Notes: a model not told the origin generated them from the letters alone. 64,000 nt of DNA from the human T2T-CHM13v2.0 reference genome, Homo sapiens (GCF_009914755.1 NC_060926.1); one strand, 5' to 3'; positions 43,301-63,230 are shown, counted from the first letter of the stretch. Numbers and translations are program-made.

Positions 43301-44638
43301 CCTTTTAAGTATTCTCAAATATTTTCTTCTTTGACTATTATATTGGTCGAAAGTAGTGGCATTCATTAATGATAAAACCCACATTACTTTTTAGTTGAAA
43401 ATGACAATTTAAATAAAATAATTTGATATGCTCTTTGAAAAGATTTTGCCTTATTAAGCACTTGTGAACTTTTAAATTTTCTTTTATTCACTTTTTCACA
43501 GATTCTTTATTTCAAAGAAGTCAGAGCTCTTTACAAATAACGAAAATTATTCAAAAAGTTACATTTCAAAATAACTTTGAACGGTATAAGTGAGAGCAGA
43601 ATAAATAGCTTTTTGAATAATGATTTGGATGAGACTTTTCTCAGAACTCAAGCTAAATTAGTTATTTTTCAAGCTTGAAAATGTTTAGCTAGCTTTTTGC
43701 TCTCTACCTTACATTATCTGCCTGACACAGTCTGCCTTTCCCTGAAAGTAATAGTGTTGAAATAGACACAGAATCTACATGACCGTGTGTGGGAAAGTGT
43801 GGCTTGGTGGACAGACTGCTGGATAAATAGGCAATGCATCCAGACATCTACTTCTCATCTCTCTCTCTTCACATGGTACTTGATTTTAATACTACAATTC
43901 AATTGCTTGGGCTGCATGGACCCATCTTGAAAATAAAGAAAGAATGTCTGGTAACAGCAGTATGAACAACTGGTAATGATCCGTCTTGCCATTATAAACA
44001 GTAACACTTATCTCTCAGATTTGGTCCTCATCATCCGTTTTGCTTAGTTACTTTATGAACATAATGAAACTGTTTACCATTTTAACCTAGAAGGTTCGAG
44101 GAGAAAACCATTTCTAGCCAAATCAATTGTCTTCCTAACTCAAGGAAAGTATTTACGAGCAAACAAGTTAAATGTCTTCCATACAGAGGAGAGAGCCCAG
44201 CAAACGTTAAAAGAGGTCAGCTAGACTTTGTATCCATCTTAATAGTTATTGCAGCTCATTCCTCTCACAGAATCTCACAATTCCCACATTCTGGTAATGT
44301 GAATGTTAACAACGTAGTTCTGGTATATTGTTTACCATCTTTAAAATTCCTGCAAATTAAAGAAATCTCTCATTCAAATAATAGTATAAACATGACTTTC
44401 TTAGCCAACTAAAATGTTTAGATTATCTAACTTTTGGATTTTTTGGTATAATTGCAAGTTGTAAAATATTTGTATTAGACATAGTTATAAACATGAAATG
44501 GATTTTAGGCATAGACTGATGAATGTTATTTCTCTTCTTAAAAGCTTGAAACTAAAATAATATGCTTTTGAAGCTATCATTTTTGTTAACAACTTCTGAT
44601 TTTAATTTCTATTTTTATCTGTTGATCTTTATACGTGA

Positions 44639-44953
<315 letters not shown>

Positions 44954-45171
44954 CTGAATTTATTTTTTTAATAATCTACAAACCCTAAATTGCATTTACA
45001 ACAGATATTACTAAAATAATACAAAATAACCAAAAGACAAAACTGGATATAGCACATTTATTTACTGTAATAATTCTCTCACTGTTACAGAAAATTAACA
45101 TTAATGCTATGACAGTGTTTTAGTTTGAGTTGCTTCTTACAAAAGTTTTCACACTGGGTATTCATTGTTGT

Positions 45172-45575
45172 TGTATCAGGCTGCTCTTGCATTGCGATAA
45201 AGAAATTCCTGAGGCTGGGCAATTTATGAGGAAAGAGGTTTAATTGGCTCATGATTCTCCAGGTTATACAAGAAGCATAGCATCATCTGCTTCTGGGGAG
45301 GCCTCAGGAGGCTTACAATCATAGCAGAAGGTGAAGTGGAAATAGGTACATCACATGGCAAAAAAAAAAAGAGAGAGAGAGAAAGAGAGTGGAATGGTGA
45401 GGGAGGTGTCACACACTTTTAAATGCCAGATCTCATAAGAACTCACTATCACGAAGACAGTACCATGCCATGAGGGATCCTCTCCTATGATCTAAACACC
45501 TCTCACCAGGCCCCAACTTCGGCATTACAATTAACATGAGATTTGGGTGGGGGCAAATATCCAAACTCTATGTTA
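45172..45575 (-). mobile_element. MSTA/MSTB-type MaLR solo LTR
   Basis: TGTATCAGGCTGCTCTTGCATTGCGATAAAGAAA..TTTAATTGGCTCA..CTTCTGGGGAGGCCTCAGGAG..CATGAGATTTGGGTGGGG. Confidence 0.92.
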
Positions 45576-46663
45576 TTTATCTCTTGGGAGTGTATGAATG
45601 TCAAACATTTCATAACTATGAAGTGATGTTCCTTAGAGATTCCTGAAGTGGGGGATTCGTGGACAAGGGGTTCAGTGTGGAGGCTTCCCAGGGTCACTGC
45701 CCTTCCTGATCACTATATTATTTGGAAAAGCAACCATCTGTGAGATCCACAGAGAGGACTGGACAGCAAAGAAGCATCCTGAAAGAAAGAGGAATAGAAC
45801 CACAATAATAAAAACGTGGAGGGAGACCCTCTGAGGAATGGCTTTAGAAGATATGATAAGAATTTAATGTTCATATCATTGCAAGGGTCAAATGCCCTGG
45901 AAAGACGCATTTAAGTTTGGAAATGTAAGTTTGTGAATGTCCTATTGTAATGAAAAGGTGAATGGGAAGCATCATCCCATACCCACTAGATAAGAAAGTC
46001 CTAAGGTGGGGCCTAGGTGTCTGCGTTTGAAATGTCCACTCTCATGAACAGCAGGATGGAAGACGGTTCCCTGGATGCAGAAGGAGGCTTAGGAGGCTGA
46101 CTGAGGAATCAAAGAGGCAGCTTCTTATCTCAGAAGATCTTCAAGGACACAAGATAATAGTTACTGAATACAGTTTTAACTCTGCCAACACAATAGCACC
46201 TACATGCAATAAACTCTCATGAGTTTACTACTATAGTTTTTTGCTTCATCAAAAATAATCAATTATGAGGCTTTTGCTGGTACAGAGAAAGTATAAGAGG
46301 AAATTCTGGGGATTTGTCTCCTCCATCATTCTACACTGAGTTAGACATAAGCAAATTCTATCCAAGTTTTGTCGTCCCCTTCAAAATGCTCAACGTGTAC
46401 TATGACAGGAAAAATACTACGATGTTGTGTTGCTTCCCAAAAGACATGACCAAAATGAAAAATACCCTTCTACCTTAATCAAAGCATTACTGACTTTTGA
46501 ACTATTACTGACATTTCTTTTAACCTTCCAATTCATTGCCCCTTCCCTTGAGGGAAGGTAGGAAAAGGGAGTTAATGAAGATAAAACAAACCCAAGCTAA
46601 TAAATATGTGTACTTTTTAAGCAAGTGGTATGGGTAAAAAGTTTGAATGATTAAGGATAAATG

Positions 46664-46985
<322 letters not shown>

Positions 46986-48149
46986 TTATTTTATTATTTC
47001 CTATTAAGTTACATAATTCTCAGTTTTTTGGAAGGTATGAAACATCTACAAAATAAAATACCTGATACCATATTACCACAATGATATTTTATGTATTAAT
47101 ATTTGTCTACAAAACCTGACATGATGTAAGTCACACACACTGCAGTTATACACTGGAAAAATAAAATGTCTATGTTAGAAATCTAGGTATCCTTGTTCTT
47201 AGTAAATGTTCATATTTTTCCTACAATAAACCTTTCTTCAAAATTGAAAATTTACTGTTAGTACTTTAGCTCCATAGAGGAAGTATAGTTTTGGTCATGT
47301 GAAGAACTGGGTGTTCATTTTAAAAAGGATGAGCAACTGAGTAGAATGCTCTCCACACTGGTCAAAACTGAGAGTGGAAATTTAATGGTGCCCATGCTAC
47401 CACCAGCATCAGCCATCGGTTTTGTGTTTCCTCTGACTGAGGCTATTGGCTTAGTGAGAAAAGTTGCTAGCCTTAGAAAGAATTTGGATGACAATGGTAA
47501 ATTCACAAGAAAAACTATTTCCATGGTTACTATTTTAAATAATGTGAAAATAAGGATTGTTTAGATATGACCTGTATCATTTCAATAAGATAACAAATAT
47601 CTTGTTTTATTTATTTCATGAATCACTTCAATGGGGATACCAAATAAAGGTGAAACATAGAGCAGAATCATTCTCAAAATATAATTAGTTAAGAGAGAAA
47701 CTAACTTAGGAATTGGTGTTTTACAGAATAAAATTACACACAGTTAAAGACTATTGAGCATGTATATGTAGCTGTGGAAAAATGTATTAAAATACAATAA
47801 TCTAACTATTCCAGCCATGAATTTTAATATTTAAAATATTTTTTGCTCTTTTTAAAGAGATGGTTCCTAAACCTACCATTCATTTTGTTTAAAGATATTA
47901 TAGTATTCTTTTATCCAACACATATGTTGTGAAGTGTTAAGCATTATTTTCAGTAGGTATTTATTAGAATAAAAACTATTTAAGACATGAACAGTTATTA
48001 CTCTCTCAAAGTTTAACATCTAGCAGACTAACTAATAATTTAGAAAGTGCCTAAAATGTAAGGGAGTGATGAATGACTTTTGAATATTTAAGAAAGCAAA
48101 TTATTTCTTCTGGATAAAGCATTTAAAATACATGGTTTCAGGTGAATTT

Positions 48150-51560
<3,411 letters not shown>

Positions 51561-51594
51561 ATTAAGTTAAGTGAGGCGAGACTTGAATTTCAAC

Positions 51595-52239
51595 TGACAC
51601 TAAGAAAACTCAAATCAGCTAAAGCTGATAGAAAATCTATTGACTCATGATTTTAAAATGTATAGGCAGCAGGCACAGATAGATTCAGGTGTTCAAATAA
51701 TATAATGAGTAGTGATTCTCTTTCTCTTATTCTCATTCTCTCCTTTGATATTTACCCTATGTCTTTTCTTTCTTCCTCTTTTATCTCAATTTCTTCATTA
51801 TTTTATTCTGGCTAGCCCTCTCTACATGATGGGATATGTGGTCTCAAGTACCTTTCCCTTTACATGGCCTCTGCATTTTTATTATAAAGAGATAAAGTAT
51901 TATGACCAATCTCCCAAAATGGAACTGAGTGGTCTGACATTGGACAAAGGTTGGACAAAACCTCTCAAGGATTAGAGGAGAGTAAGACTGATACTTAGAA
52001 AATGTGCATGAGTCAGACCCTATTGGTTCTTTATGACTGGCATCTGTTCTCAGTGGTTGGCAGCCTATTCAGAATGGTCAGTACAGGCACTACACTGGTT
52101 ATTAACTACTTTTAATGATATTTCTTGGAATAAAGTACCTTCATTGGTTGGCCTTAGTGAATGCTGGGTGAAACAGCAATCCTGATTAACAACCAAATGC
52201 AAAGGAAAAGGAGAACCTCCTAGAAAGACGTCAGGCAGG
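51595..52239 (-). mobile_element. Old MLT1 (MLT1K/L-like) LTR remnant, interrupted near its end by an L1MA
   Basis: AGAAAACTCAAATCAGCT..TATTGACTCATG..AGGCACAGATAGATTCAGG..TCAAA resembles antisense MLT1K/L. Confidence 0.45.
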
Positions 52240-53892
<1,653 letters not shown>

Positions 53893-54708
53893 AGATAAAA
53901 ATAGTGGATGCAGATAAGGATGTGGAGAAAGGAGAGTGCTCATACAATGTTGGTGGGAATGTAAATTAGTACAACCACTATGTAAAACAGTATAGAGCTT
54001 TCTCAAAAAAACTAAAAGTAGAACTACTTTGTGACCTAGCAATCCTGCTGCTGGATATATATCCAAAAGATAGGAAATCAGTATATCAAAGACATATCTG
54101 CCCTCCCATGTTTATCACAGGACTATACACAATAGCCAAGATGTGAACTCTACCTAAGTGTTCACCAAGAGATGAACGGATAAAGAAAATGTACAGACAC
54201 ATAACGAAATATTATTCAGCCATTTAAAGAAATGAAATCCTGTCATTTGCAACAACATGGATGGACCTGGGGGACATTATGTTAAATGAAATAAGTCAGG
54301 CACAGAAAGACAAATATCATATGTTCTCACTCATATCTTGGTGCTACAGATATGATCTTATTGAGGTAAGAGGTGTAATAATGGTTAGCAGAGGCAGGGC
54401 AGGGTAGTAGTGAGGGAACAAAAATGGGTTGTATAATAGGTACAAAAATACAGTTAGATAGTAAAAATAATATGTAGTGTTTGGTAGCACAACAGGGCTA
54501 CTATAGTTAAAAAATAAACTATTGTATATTTCAAAATAGACAAGTGGATTTGAAATTTTCCAAACAATGAAATGATAAATATTTGAGGGAATGGAATATC
54601 CCAGTTACCCTGATTTGATCATTACACATTCTATGCTTGTTTCAAAATATCACATGTACCCTATATATATGTACAACTGTTATATACCCACAAATATTAA
54701 AAATAAAA
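53893..54708 (+). mobile_element. L1MA2/3-like 3' end (non-inverted part)
   Basis: GGATGTGGAGAAAGG..TGGTGGGAATGTAAATTAGTACAACCACTATG; 3' UTR TACCCTGATTTGATCATTACACATT..CACATGTACCC..ATTAAAAATAAAA. Confidence 0.92.
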
Positions 54709-55309
54709 GCAGACAAAGTAAACTTGAAGTCAAAGAAGTCAGGCAGGGAAGACAACTGATAGCATCCAAATATGCAGAACAGCAAGTTGACATAAATCCA
54801 ATATAAATATGAAATTTCAACATACTCCTCTCAGGTGTCAGTAGATTGACAACAGAAAATAAGGACGGAGAAGATTTGAAAAACATAACAAATTAGGTGG
54901 GACTAATATGTTTGCATCCTGTGAAGAACACAGTTGCTTCTCACACTTTCATAAAAAATTAATCATGTAGTGGATCAAAAAAATACTCCCGACTAAAAAT
55001 TGTTCAGGCTGCAACTTCTGATCACAATCCATTAAAACTGTAATTAACTAAAGAAACTAAACAACTCCCAAAGTTCTAATAACCTCTTTAGTTGAAAATA
55101 ACTTTTAAAAACTACCCTTCTCGACAACAATTAAATCCTGAGGAAATAAAATCTACCTTTGAAAATAATAAAAATAAGAATGGTTGGGGGAACACATATT
55201 CATGACTGTACATGGTTTGCCTCCAAATTATTACTCATTATTCTAAAACTTTAATCACTAGCAGCTTATTTTTATTCCTAGTCTTAAAAAATGACCAGGA
55301 CTTCATGCT

Positions 55310-58300
55310 ATTGTGAGCATATAGCAGAAAATCTAACTTTTGTGTCATCAGAGTTTAAGAATGAGAAGAAGAGGAGGTTAGGGCTAAAAATACTTGAAGA
55401 AATAATGACTTTTAAAATTTGCTGATTGATAAACACACAGATTCACAAAGTTATGCAAATCCCAAAGGGAATTCAAACCAAGACACGTCAAAATTAAACT
55501 TCTGAAAACTAAAGAGAATGAGAAAATCTTACGAACAGCTAGAGATAAAATAGTTCCATATCTGTAGAAGGAAAATTTATATTTTCAGTGGATTTTTTTT
55601 TTATCAGAAACTATGGAGGTCAGAAGGACTATTTCTAAAGTGCAGAAAGCAAAGAACTATCAAATCCAATGCTATGCCCAGCAAAAATATCCTTCAGGAG
55701 TAAAATAAAAATCAAAGCATTCTCAGACAAAGGATGAAAAGGATAATACCTTGTCAGAAGATTCACTCTAGAAGAATGGCTTCAGAATGTTCTACAAACA
55801 GAAAATAAACAGTGAAAAGAGGAACGTTATAAAAAAGAAAGAATATATTAAACAAAAATATGGGAAAATACATTGGTCTTTTCTTCTTATTTTATAAATT
55901 ATGTTTGATGATTGAAGTAAAAATTATAGCATTGTCTGACGTGATTCTAAATGTATTTAGAAGGCACATTGAAGATAATTATGTCATAAACAACAGGGAG
56001 TAAAGGAATATAAAGGGAGGTAATGTTTTTAGACATCATAAGAACTGATAAAATAAGAATACTAGTAGACTGTGATGGTTATGACATAAGTATAAATAAT
56101 GTAATAACAAGAGAAATAACTTTTAAAAGCTCTACAAGAAGATACATTCAAAAATATAATAGATAAAACAAAATTCTAAAAATTGTTCAAGTAACCTGCC
56201 ATGAATTAAGGAAAGGAAAATAGTAAAACATATACCAGTAAGAACAAACAGAAAATAAAGACTTTTAAAATGATGACATAACCTTTAAAATGTCAGTAAC
56301 TACATTAAATATAAATGGCCTAAATATGCCAATTAAAATACAGAGATTGAAAGAGTATATTTAAAAATATGATCCAACAGTATGCTGTCCATAAGAAATT
56401 TACTTGAAATGTAATTATATGGTCAGGTTGAATTAAAATAATAGGAAAAAATATTACATAAATATTAATGAAAGGAAATCAACACTATCTTAATAACATC
56501 AGATAATATTTTAGTGCAAAGAAAACTAAAGGGAAGAAGAGATAGATATATAATGATAACAGAGTCAATCCACGTAACAAGTCTAGATGGGTATGCATCA
56601 AATAACAAAATGCAAAATATTCACAACACAACTGGTAGAACTGAAAGAAAAAAAAAATCTGAAATTAAACTTACAGAATTCAACACATTCTTTTATCAAT
56701 TTATAGAACAACTAGAGAGGAATAAACAAGAATATGTAAGAACTCTCCAAGACCATCATCAATTAACAGGATCTAATAGAAATTTGTAGAACATTTCACT
56801 TAACAACAGAAACATATACACTCTTTACAAGTGCTGAAGAGCATATGGAAACACAGACCATAAGCTGGACCAAAACCAAAAATCTCAAAAATGTCTTTAA
56901 ACAATGAAACCAGACAGTGTGTATTCTCTGACTACAAAGGAATCAAACTAGAAATCAATAAAATAAAGGATAGCTCCAAACACTTGGGAACTGAATAGCA
57001 TATTTCTAAATAATTGATGGGCCAATAAAGAGTCTCAATAAAAATAATTTTAAATTAAAAAGAAAGAAAATAAAAATATAACTAAAAATATATAAAAATA
57101 TAAATGTTAAAATGTATATTTAATTTTAGTATATCTTAATTTAGTATAAATGTTAAAATTTATACTAAAAATATAAACGTTAAAATTTGTAGTACACAAC
57201 TAAAACAGTGATGAGAGGAAGACATATAGCATGAAATGTATACCTTAGGAAAGAGGAGCAACTTTAACTCATTAAGCTATATTCTCTCATTAAGAACTAA
57301 TAAAAAGAAGAGCAAAGTAAATCCAAAGCTAGCAGAAAAATAATATTATAAAAATTAATGCAAAAATCCATAAAATAGACAACAGAAAAACAATGTAGAA
57401 AATAAATTAAGAGCTACTTCTTTTACAAGATTAATAAAATTGACAAACTTTTTGTAAGACTGACAAAGAAAGCAAGAGAAAATATATAAATTACCAATAT
57501 TAGAATGAAATAAAATATTACTACAGATCTTCAGTAATATAAAGAAAACTACAGGTCAATATCCTCATAAATATTAACACAAAAACATTTAATAAGTGAT
57601 TGCAGCAATATAGAGAAATAATTATATACCATGATCATGTGGGATTTATTTCAGGGTAGCAAGTCTGATTTTAATATTTGAAAATCAATAATTATAAGCC
57701 ACCCACTAACAGGCTAAAAAAGAAAAATGTATCTTATATCAATCAATATGGAAAAATAATTTATAAAAAAAACACTCATACATAATAAATACTCTCAGAA
57801 ATATAGGAAGAGAGAGAACTTTATCAGCAAGTTGATAAAGAACACTTACCAAAAAAATCCTACAGCTAACATAGAACTTAGTGGTGAAATACCGATATTT
57901 TGTGTAAATTTAATGAGATATGCACAGTTCTTACATCCTGAAAACTATACAATATTAATGAAAGAAATCATAGATCTAAATAAAGGGAGAGGCATACTAT
58001 ATTCATGGATTTGAAGACTGAACATAGTAAAGATGTTAGTTCTCCCCAGAACGATACATCATTTTGATACAGTTCCTTCAAGCCAAGCAGATTATAAAAT
58101 TTATGATGGAAAAGCAAATAAACTAGAATAATCAATACAATTTCAAAACAGAAGGACAAAGTGGGAGGAACTTGACTACATGACTTCAGGACTTATTACA
58201 TAGCTACAATTATTGAAACTGTGTGGTATTAGCAGAGTGATAGTCAGACAGATAAAAGGAAAGGAGCAGAGAATCCAGAAATTGGCTCATACAATTATGC

Positions 58301-59081
58301 TCACACAGTTATACTTTTGACAAATATGACAGAGATTCCAAAATAATTCAGTGAGGAAATGATAGCATTTTTTAACAAATGGTCCTGAAACAATTGAATA
58401 TCCACAAGGGTAAAAAAAAAATTAACTTATATTTTAGTCTCCTACTTTATAAAACTTTAATTCAAGATATTTTAAAGGCTTAAATGTAAAAAATAGGAGA
58501 AATGTTTTGGTATAGCATTGGAAAAAAGTATTCTTTGATTTCACACCAAAAGCACAATCTACAAAAGGAAAAATTGATAAACTAGATCTCATCAAAACCA
58601 GTTTCTCTGAAAAAAAAAAAGAATAAAAAAATCCCTGTTAAAAGGAATAAAAGAAAAGCTATAGATTGGAACAACATATTTGTGAGCCACATATCTGACA
58701 AAGGACTCGTATCTACACTATATTAAGAACTCTAAAAACTTACTCCGGAGTAAAAGAACAATCAGAAAAAGAACAAAGGCACAAAGACAGATTTCACATA
58801 AAAATGTAGAAGGCAACTAAGTACACAAAAGATATTTACCATCACTAGTAATCAGGAAATGCAAATTAAATCCACAATGAGATATTACAATACATTTATC
58901 AGAACAAGTGAAATATTCTGACAACACCTAATGCTGCCATATATGTGGAGAAACTGCTATTGAGTTACTATTGAAATGCAACTCACTTAAGGACTCTGAA
59001 ATACTAAGAACTAACATAGCTATTAATGTTGATATTAATGTTGCATAAATGTTAAGAATCTCATAGCTAGGAGAGATGCTA

Positions 59082-59113
<32 letters not shown>

Positions 59114-59225
59114 ATAATTTTAAATCTAATGGATGTCAGAATGCTACGAATGATTATCCATACATTGCTAGTGGAAATGTGAAATGATGCAATCACTCTG
59201 GAAAACGGTTTCTTACACATGTATG
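55310..59225 (+). mobile_element. Old L1MC/MD-type element: ORF1, inter-ORF region and internally deleted ORF2
   Basis: ORF1-like CCAGCAAAAATATCCTTCAGGA; ORF2 start ACATTAAATATAAATGGCCTAAAT; ORF 57832 reads YQKNPTANIELSGE; 3' GGAAATGCAAATTAAATCCACAATGAGATA. Confidence 0.8.
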
Positions 59226-59451
59226 GGAATCTATACTTTTCTCAATAAAAATGTTAATTAGGAAATATCTGTTTTTAGTGTTTAGTAATATATACTGGTG
59301 CACAACAACTGGTCAATAGTTGTTGACATGCCAGTCAGTTAAAATTTCTCCTGGGATCACTAATAACTGTCCACTGATAATCATTTTTCAAATTTACTTA
59401 AATTTACTTCCTAATTCACTTTGTGCCTGCATATATCATAGCTAGGAGAGA

Positions 59452-59484
<33 letters not shown>

Positions 59485-59529
59485 CTGTATGTGTGTATAA
59501 TTTTAACTCTGATGGATGTCAGAATGCTA
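59061..59529 (+). repeat. Non-tandem duplication of about 90 bp containing (TG)n (copies at 59061-59146 and 59436-59529)
   Basis: TCATAGCTAGGAGAGATGC(T/A)AG-(TG)n-TATAATTTTAA(A/C)TCT(A/G)ATGGATGTCAGAATGCTA occurs twice. Confidence 0.95.
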
Positions 59530-62500
59530 TGTGGCTATTTGTCTCATACTTTCACAAAAGTAATTAAAATGTTTTGGGATTTTGGAGTCTATTTTCCTTT
59601 GTAGAGTACCCTTATTAGTATTACTATAGCTATTATTATTATTATTATTATTATTGTTATTTGATGTCCATTACTTTGTAGGTAAGGTATAAATTATTGA
59701 AATCATTTGCTTAAAAAAGTCACATCACTGGTCGATAATAATGTGTTTCAGACTCTAAAGGCAATCCCAAATAATGAATTCCAATAATTAGCCTTCTTAA
59801 ATTTTAGATTTGTTTTTATTTCTGTATGAGAACTATATCAAAATAAATATGAAGAATCTCACCAAAGAAAAAGAAGATGTAACTAAAAGGCATTGGATAT
59901 GTACTGAAGCACCAGGTGGTATAGGCTCAGCACACCAGTCTTCAGTATACTCCACACCAGTCTTCAGTAGTAATGAGGACGTTACTATTCCCATTTCACA
60001 GTAAGGAAATTGAGTTTCAGTGAAACTGAATTTTTATTTTAGAGAAAATGCTAAAATGAAAAAGCTAGTATTACAAAATCCACACTCTTTCAGTATATGA
60101 AACTCCCTCTCAAATGGTGGGAAGAAAAATCACCAGGATGTTTAAATTATGGTATGTTTACTTTTAAAAATGGATATAAATTTTTTGCCTTAAGTATACA
60201 CACAGAAGAAATATTTAGAAAACTAAAACTGTGTCCGGTGTCATTTAATCCAATCTAATGATCTCATCTACTAAAAATGTATTGGTACTTTCCCTATTTA
60301 TTCACAAGCAACATCCCTTGAAATATTATCTGACATAGATGTCTTTTTTCTAGATTTTTCTCAATAGTGACCTTATTTTGTGGATATTGCTGGAAATAAT
60401 CCTCCAGTCACTCTTCTGGCCCCCTAAAATGCTTGGTTCCAGCATGTCACTAGTGATTTATGGCTACCCACTACTTGGCTTCATCAAGGTGGTAGAATAT
60501 ACATTTGCCCTCAGGAAATGAAAAGGAAACATAAATAAAAATTGCATGGTTGATTGGCCTGTTTCTGGTGAGGTAGGCCACAGTTAGAAGAAATCACTTT
60601 TTTCCCTCTCTTTTTCTAGCTTTCTCTATCACTAAAATAAATGGAATTTTTGTCTGGATGCCTTCCCTCCCTCACTTTTAAAATATAATTAAGCGTTAAA
60701 TTATGTGATGTGAACTCAAAGTACTGAAGCACTACCGGTGGAAAAAAAGTTCAATTAGGTCTTGTGTAGTCAGAAAAGACCAGATTAAGAGTGTCTCACG
60801 ATCAGTGAGAGAGGAGACCACTCCTGGCAGGAAAGTGGCTGGGCCAAATGCAAGCCATCATCCCTAAATATATGGGGTATAAGGAGATGGCTCCAGTCAC
60901 AGCAGAGGCTGTGGTTGAGATAGAAAAGAATATAAGCTTATAAAACACTGTAAAATAATCCACAATGTGTCAGCAAAAAATGAATATGCATATTGAAATT
61001 ATTTTTCAAATTATTTAATGATCATCATGAATTCAGAATAATGTGATTGTTGCTGAATATACATTGATAATAGGTTCTGAACTTTCTGTAATGCTTTAGA
61101 GTTTCAAAGGTGTTTCTTTTACATTTCTGCATTTGATGCAATCAGCAGCACTCTGCAGTACAGGAAGCAGGCATTGAACATCTTTTTACAGGTTGTAAAA
61201 TTCAGTCTCAGAAAGGTAAAGATCTTGTCTAGTTCGTTCCAGGGAGAGTTGCCAACTGCTAGCTTATTTCCTTCTTCATGATTCTGTGTTGTGGATAAAT
61301 TCAGACTATATGCCTTCACCCCTTCATCTATCTCCACATTCCCATCATGGCAAAAGTCCACCGTATTGCAAATGAAGTAAACATCTTATTCACTTCTCCT
61401 TCAACAAACTTCTTGTCTCCTTCAGGGAGGCCAAATGAAAAGAAGATAAAGGGGAACTAATCTATTGAGCAGCTATGATTTGCCTCTAGCTTTAAATCAC
61501 CATAAAATTTGTATATAAAGTATTATGTATAAAGCACATTTCTTTTACACATACATAAATGCATGCATTCACATACACATGCACAATGAAATAACACCAA
61601 AATCAGTCAAATAACTTCTGCAGGTATACACAGCCAGGTGATGGAAGAGAAATGGTGGTGGACTCAAATATGCTATACGTTTCCAAATAGTTCTTCAGAA
61701 AAGTATTTGTACACAGCTTTTTTATATAGGATAATTGAGAATGAACAAACTTATTTTTATACTATTTATATAACATTGTCATAGAATCAGTATTATGAAG
61801 AATCCGAAGCTGAGAGATGCTAATGCTTACACTCTTTTACATTATCACACATTACCTAAAACTTAGGAGTTGTAGTCTGAGGATAGCACACATGTTTGCT
61901 AAAGCCTTAGATAACATTAGTCTTCTAGGTACCAGTCATTTTGTATTTGCATAAGTAGCTACTTTGCTACTTATTACAATTAGAAGATATCTAATTGAGA
62001 CATAGAAAATCTATGAACAAATGATAGCACGATGTTTTTTAATGCTGAAATCACCAAAGAACATATAGCTTTTGTTTGAAGAAAATATGCATTGACATTA
62101 GCATGGTGCCTGCCTATTGGTGGGGATTGAATACATGGGACTTACAGCACAAGAGTTTGTGGTGATTATGGTAATGAGGGTAACGGGTAAAGTTGAAATT
62201 AAGTTTATCCTTGAAGTAATCTATTTGCAGGAGAATAAGTTTTGTTCTCTCCCAGAAAATCAGGTGTTGGGGCAATAAAAGGATAAGGAGACTGAAACTG
62301 ACCTTTAGTTTCCAGTTATATTTTGGTTTAATTTTACATGTTTCTCATTTGTGTGTCTGTATGTTCTTGATGAAAGAAAACATTAAGTCAGTGTAGTTTT
62401 AGAACACCTTAAGTTATTGTTATAACTACACAGTAATATATAGATATTTAAGACCAAAAGCAAAATTTCATGAAGTATTCCATTAAATTTGTTAATGTCC

Positions 62501-63087
62501 CCTATGTGGAAAGACATAAATAGAGTTTTAGTAGTTATGTTTAACTATATTGACTCCCTTGAGAATCCATCCACAATGGTCACCCCAATCTGTTCCCAAA
62601 TCATTAAGCCAGTTATGCAAACATCAAGATTGTGTATAATTTGCAGATCCAAGAAGAGGATACTTTTTTTCTCTCTTCTTCTTTTTTTCCTTATTCCTCA
62701 GCCATCCTTCCTTCTATCTCCTCTATATTTTCTTTTGCATTGTCCTATTTTCCTCCATTTTACAATGTATGTGACTCTCCCTCTTCCTCTGGCTTTATCA
62801 TTGTACAGGTCATAGTAGCCATTCATCTACCCCCAAATGCCAGAGAAGGTGAAACATACCCAGAGTGTGTAACTAGGATCTCTGTGCAAGGGCCAGATTT
62901 ACAAGGCATAGACAGAAGGCTCCCAGACACTCTCCTGCTACTGTCTATCTTCTTTTTGCTTGTTGTTCTTGGATTCCTGGATTTTCTTTTAAATTATTGG
63001 TATTACTATCTATAGTGTTAAAAATGCTATAGTATATAATACACGCTAGCCTAGTTTGTATAGTCATTATTTACAGTTATGGGTTTT

Positions 63088-63230
63088 TGAGTCACAGACC
63101 TGGATGAATTTCTGAGTTCTCCTATTTACTAACTATATGAACTTTGCCGAGTTACCTAAATTCTGTAAATAGCTTATAGAGTTAATTAAACTAAAAAATG
63201 ACATGTAACAATGGTATGTAGCCCATAGGC
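63088..63230 (+). mobile_element. MIR
   Basis: GAGTCACAGACCTGGATG..TATTTACTAACTATATGAACTTTG..AGTTACCTAA. Confidence 0.6.

Noticed and set aside
61119-61361. Protein-looking 80-aa minus-strand ORF
   Set aside because: It has a non-ATG start, and part of it is a MIR core (ACAAGATCTTTACCTTTCTGAGACTGAATTTT..CTGTAAAA on the minus strand). No convincing splice sites or known domain.
62489-63015. Overlapping 108-aa and 127-aa ORFs
   Set aside because: They have non-ATG starts, run through pyrimidine-rich low-complexity DNA, and show no recognisable motif.
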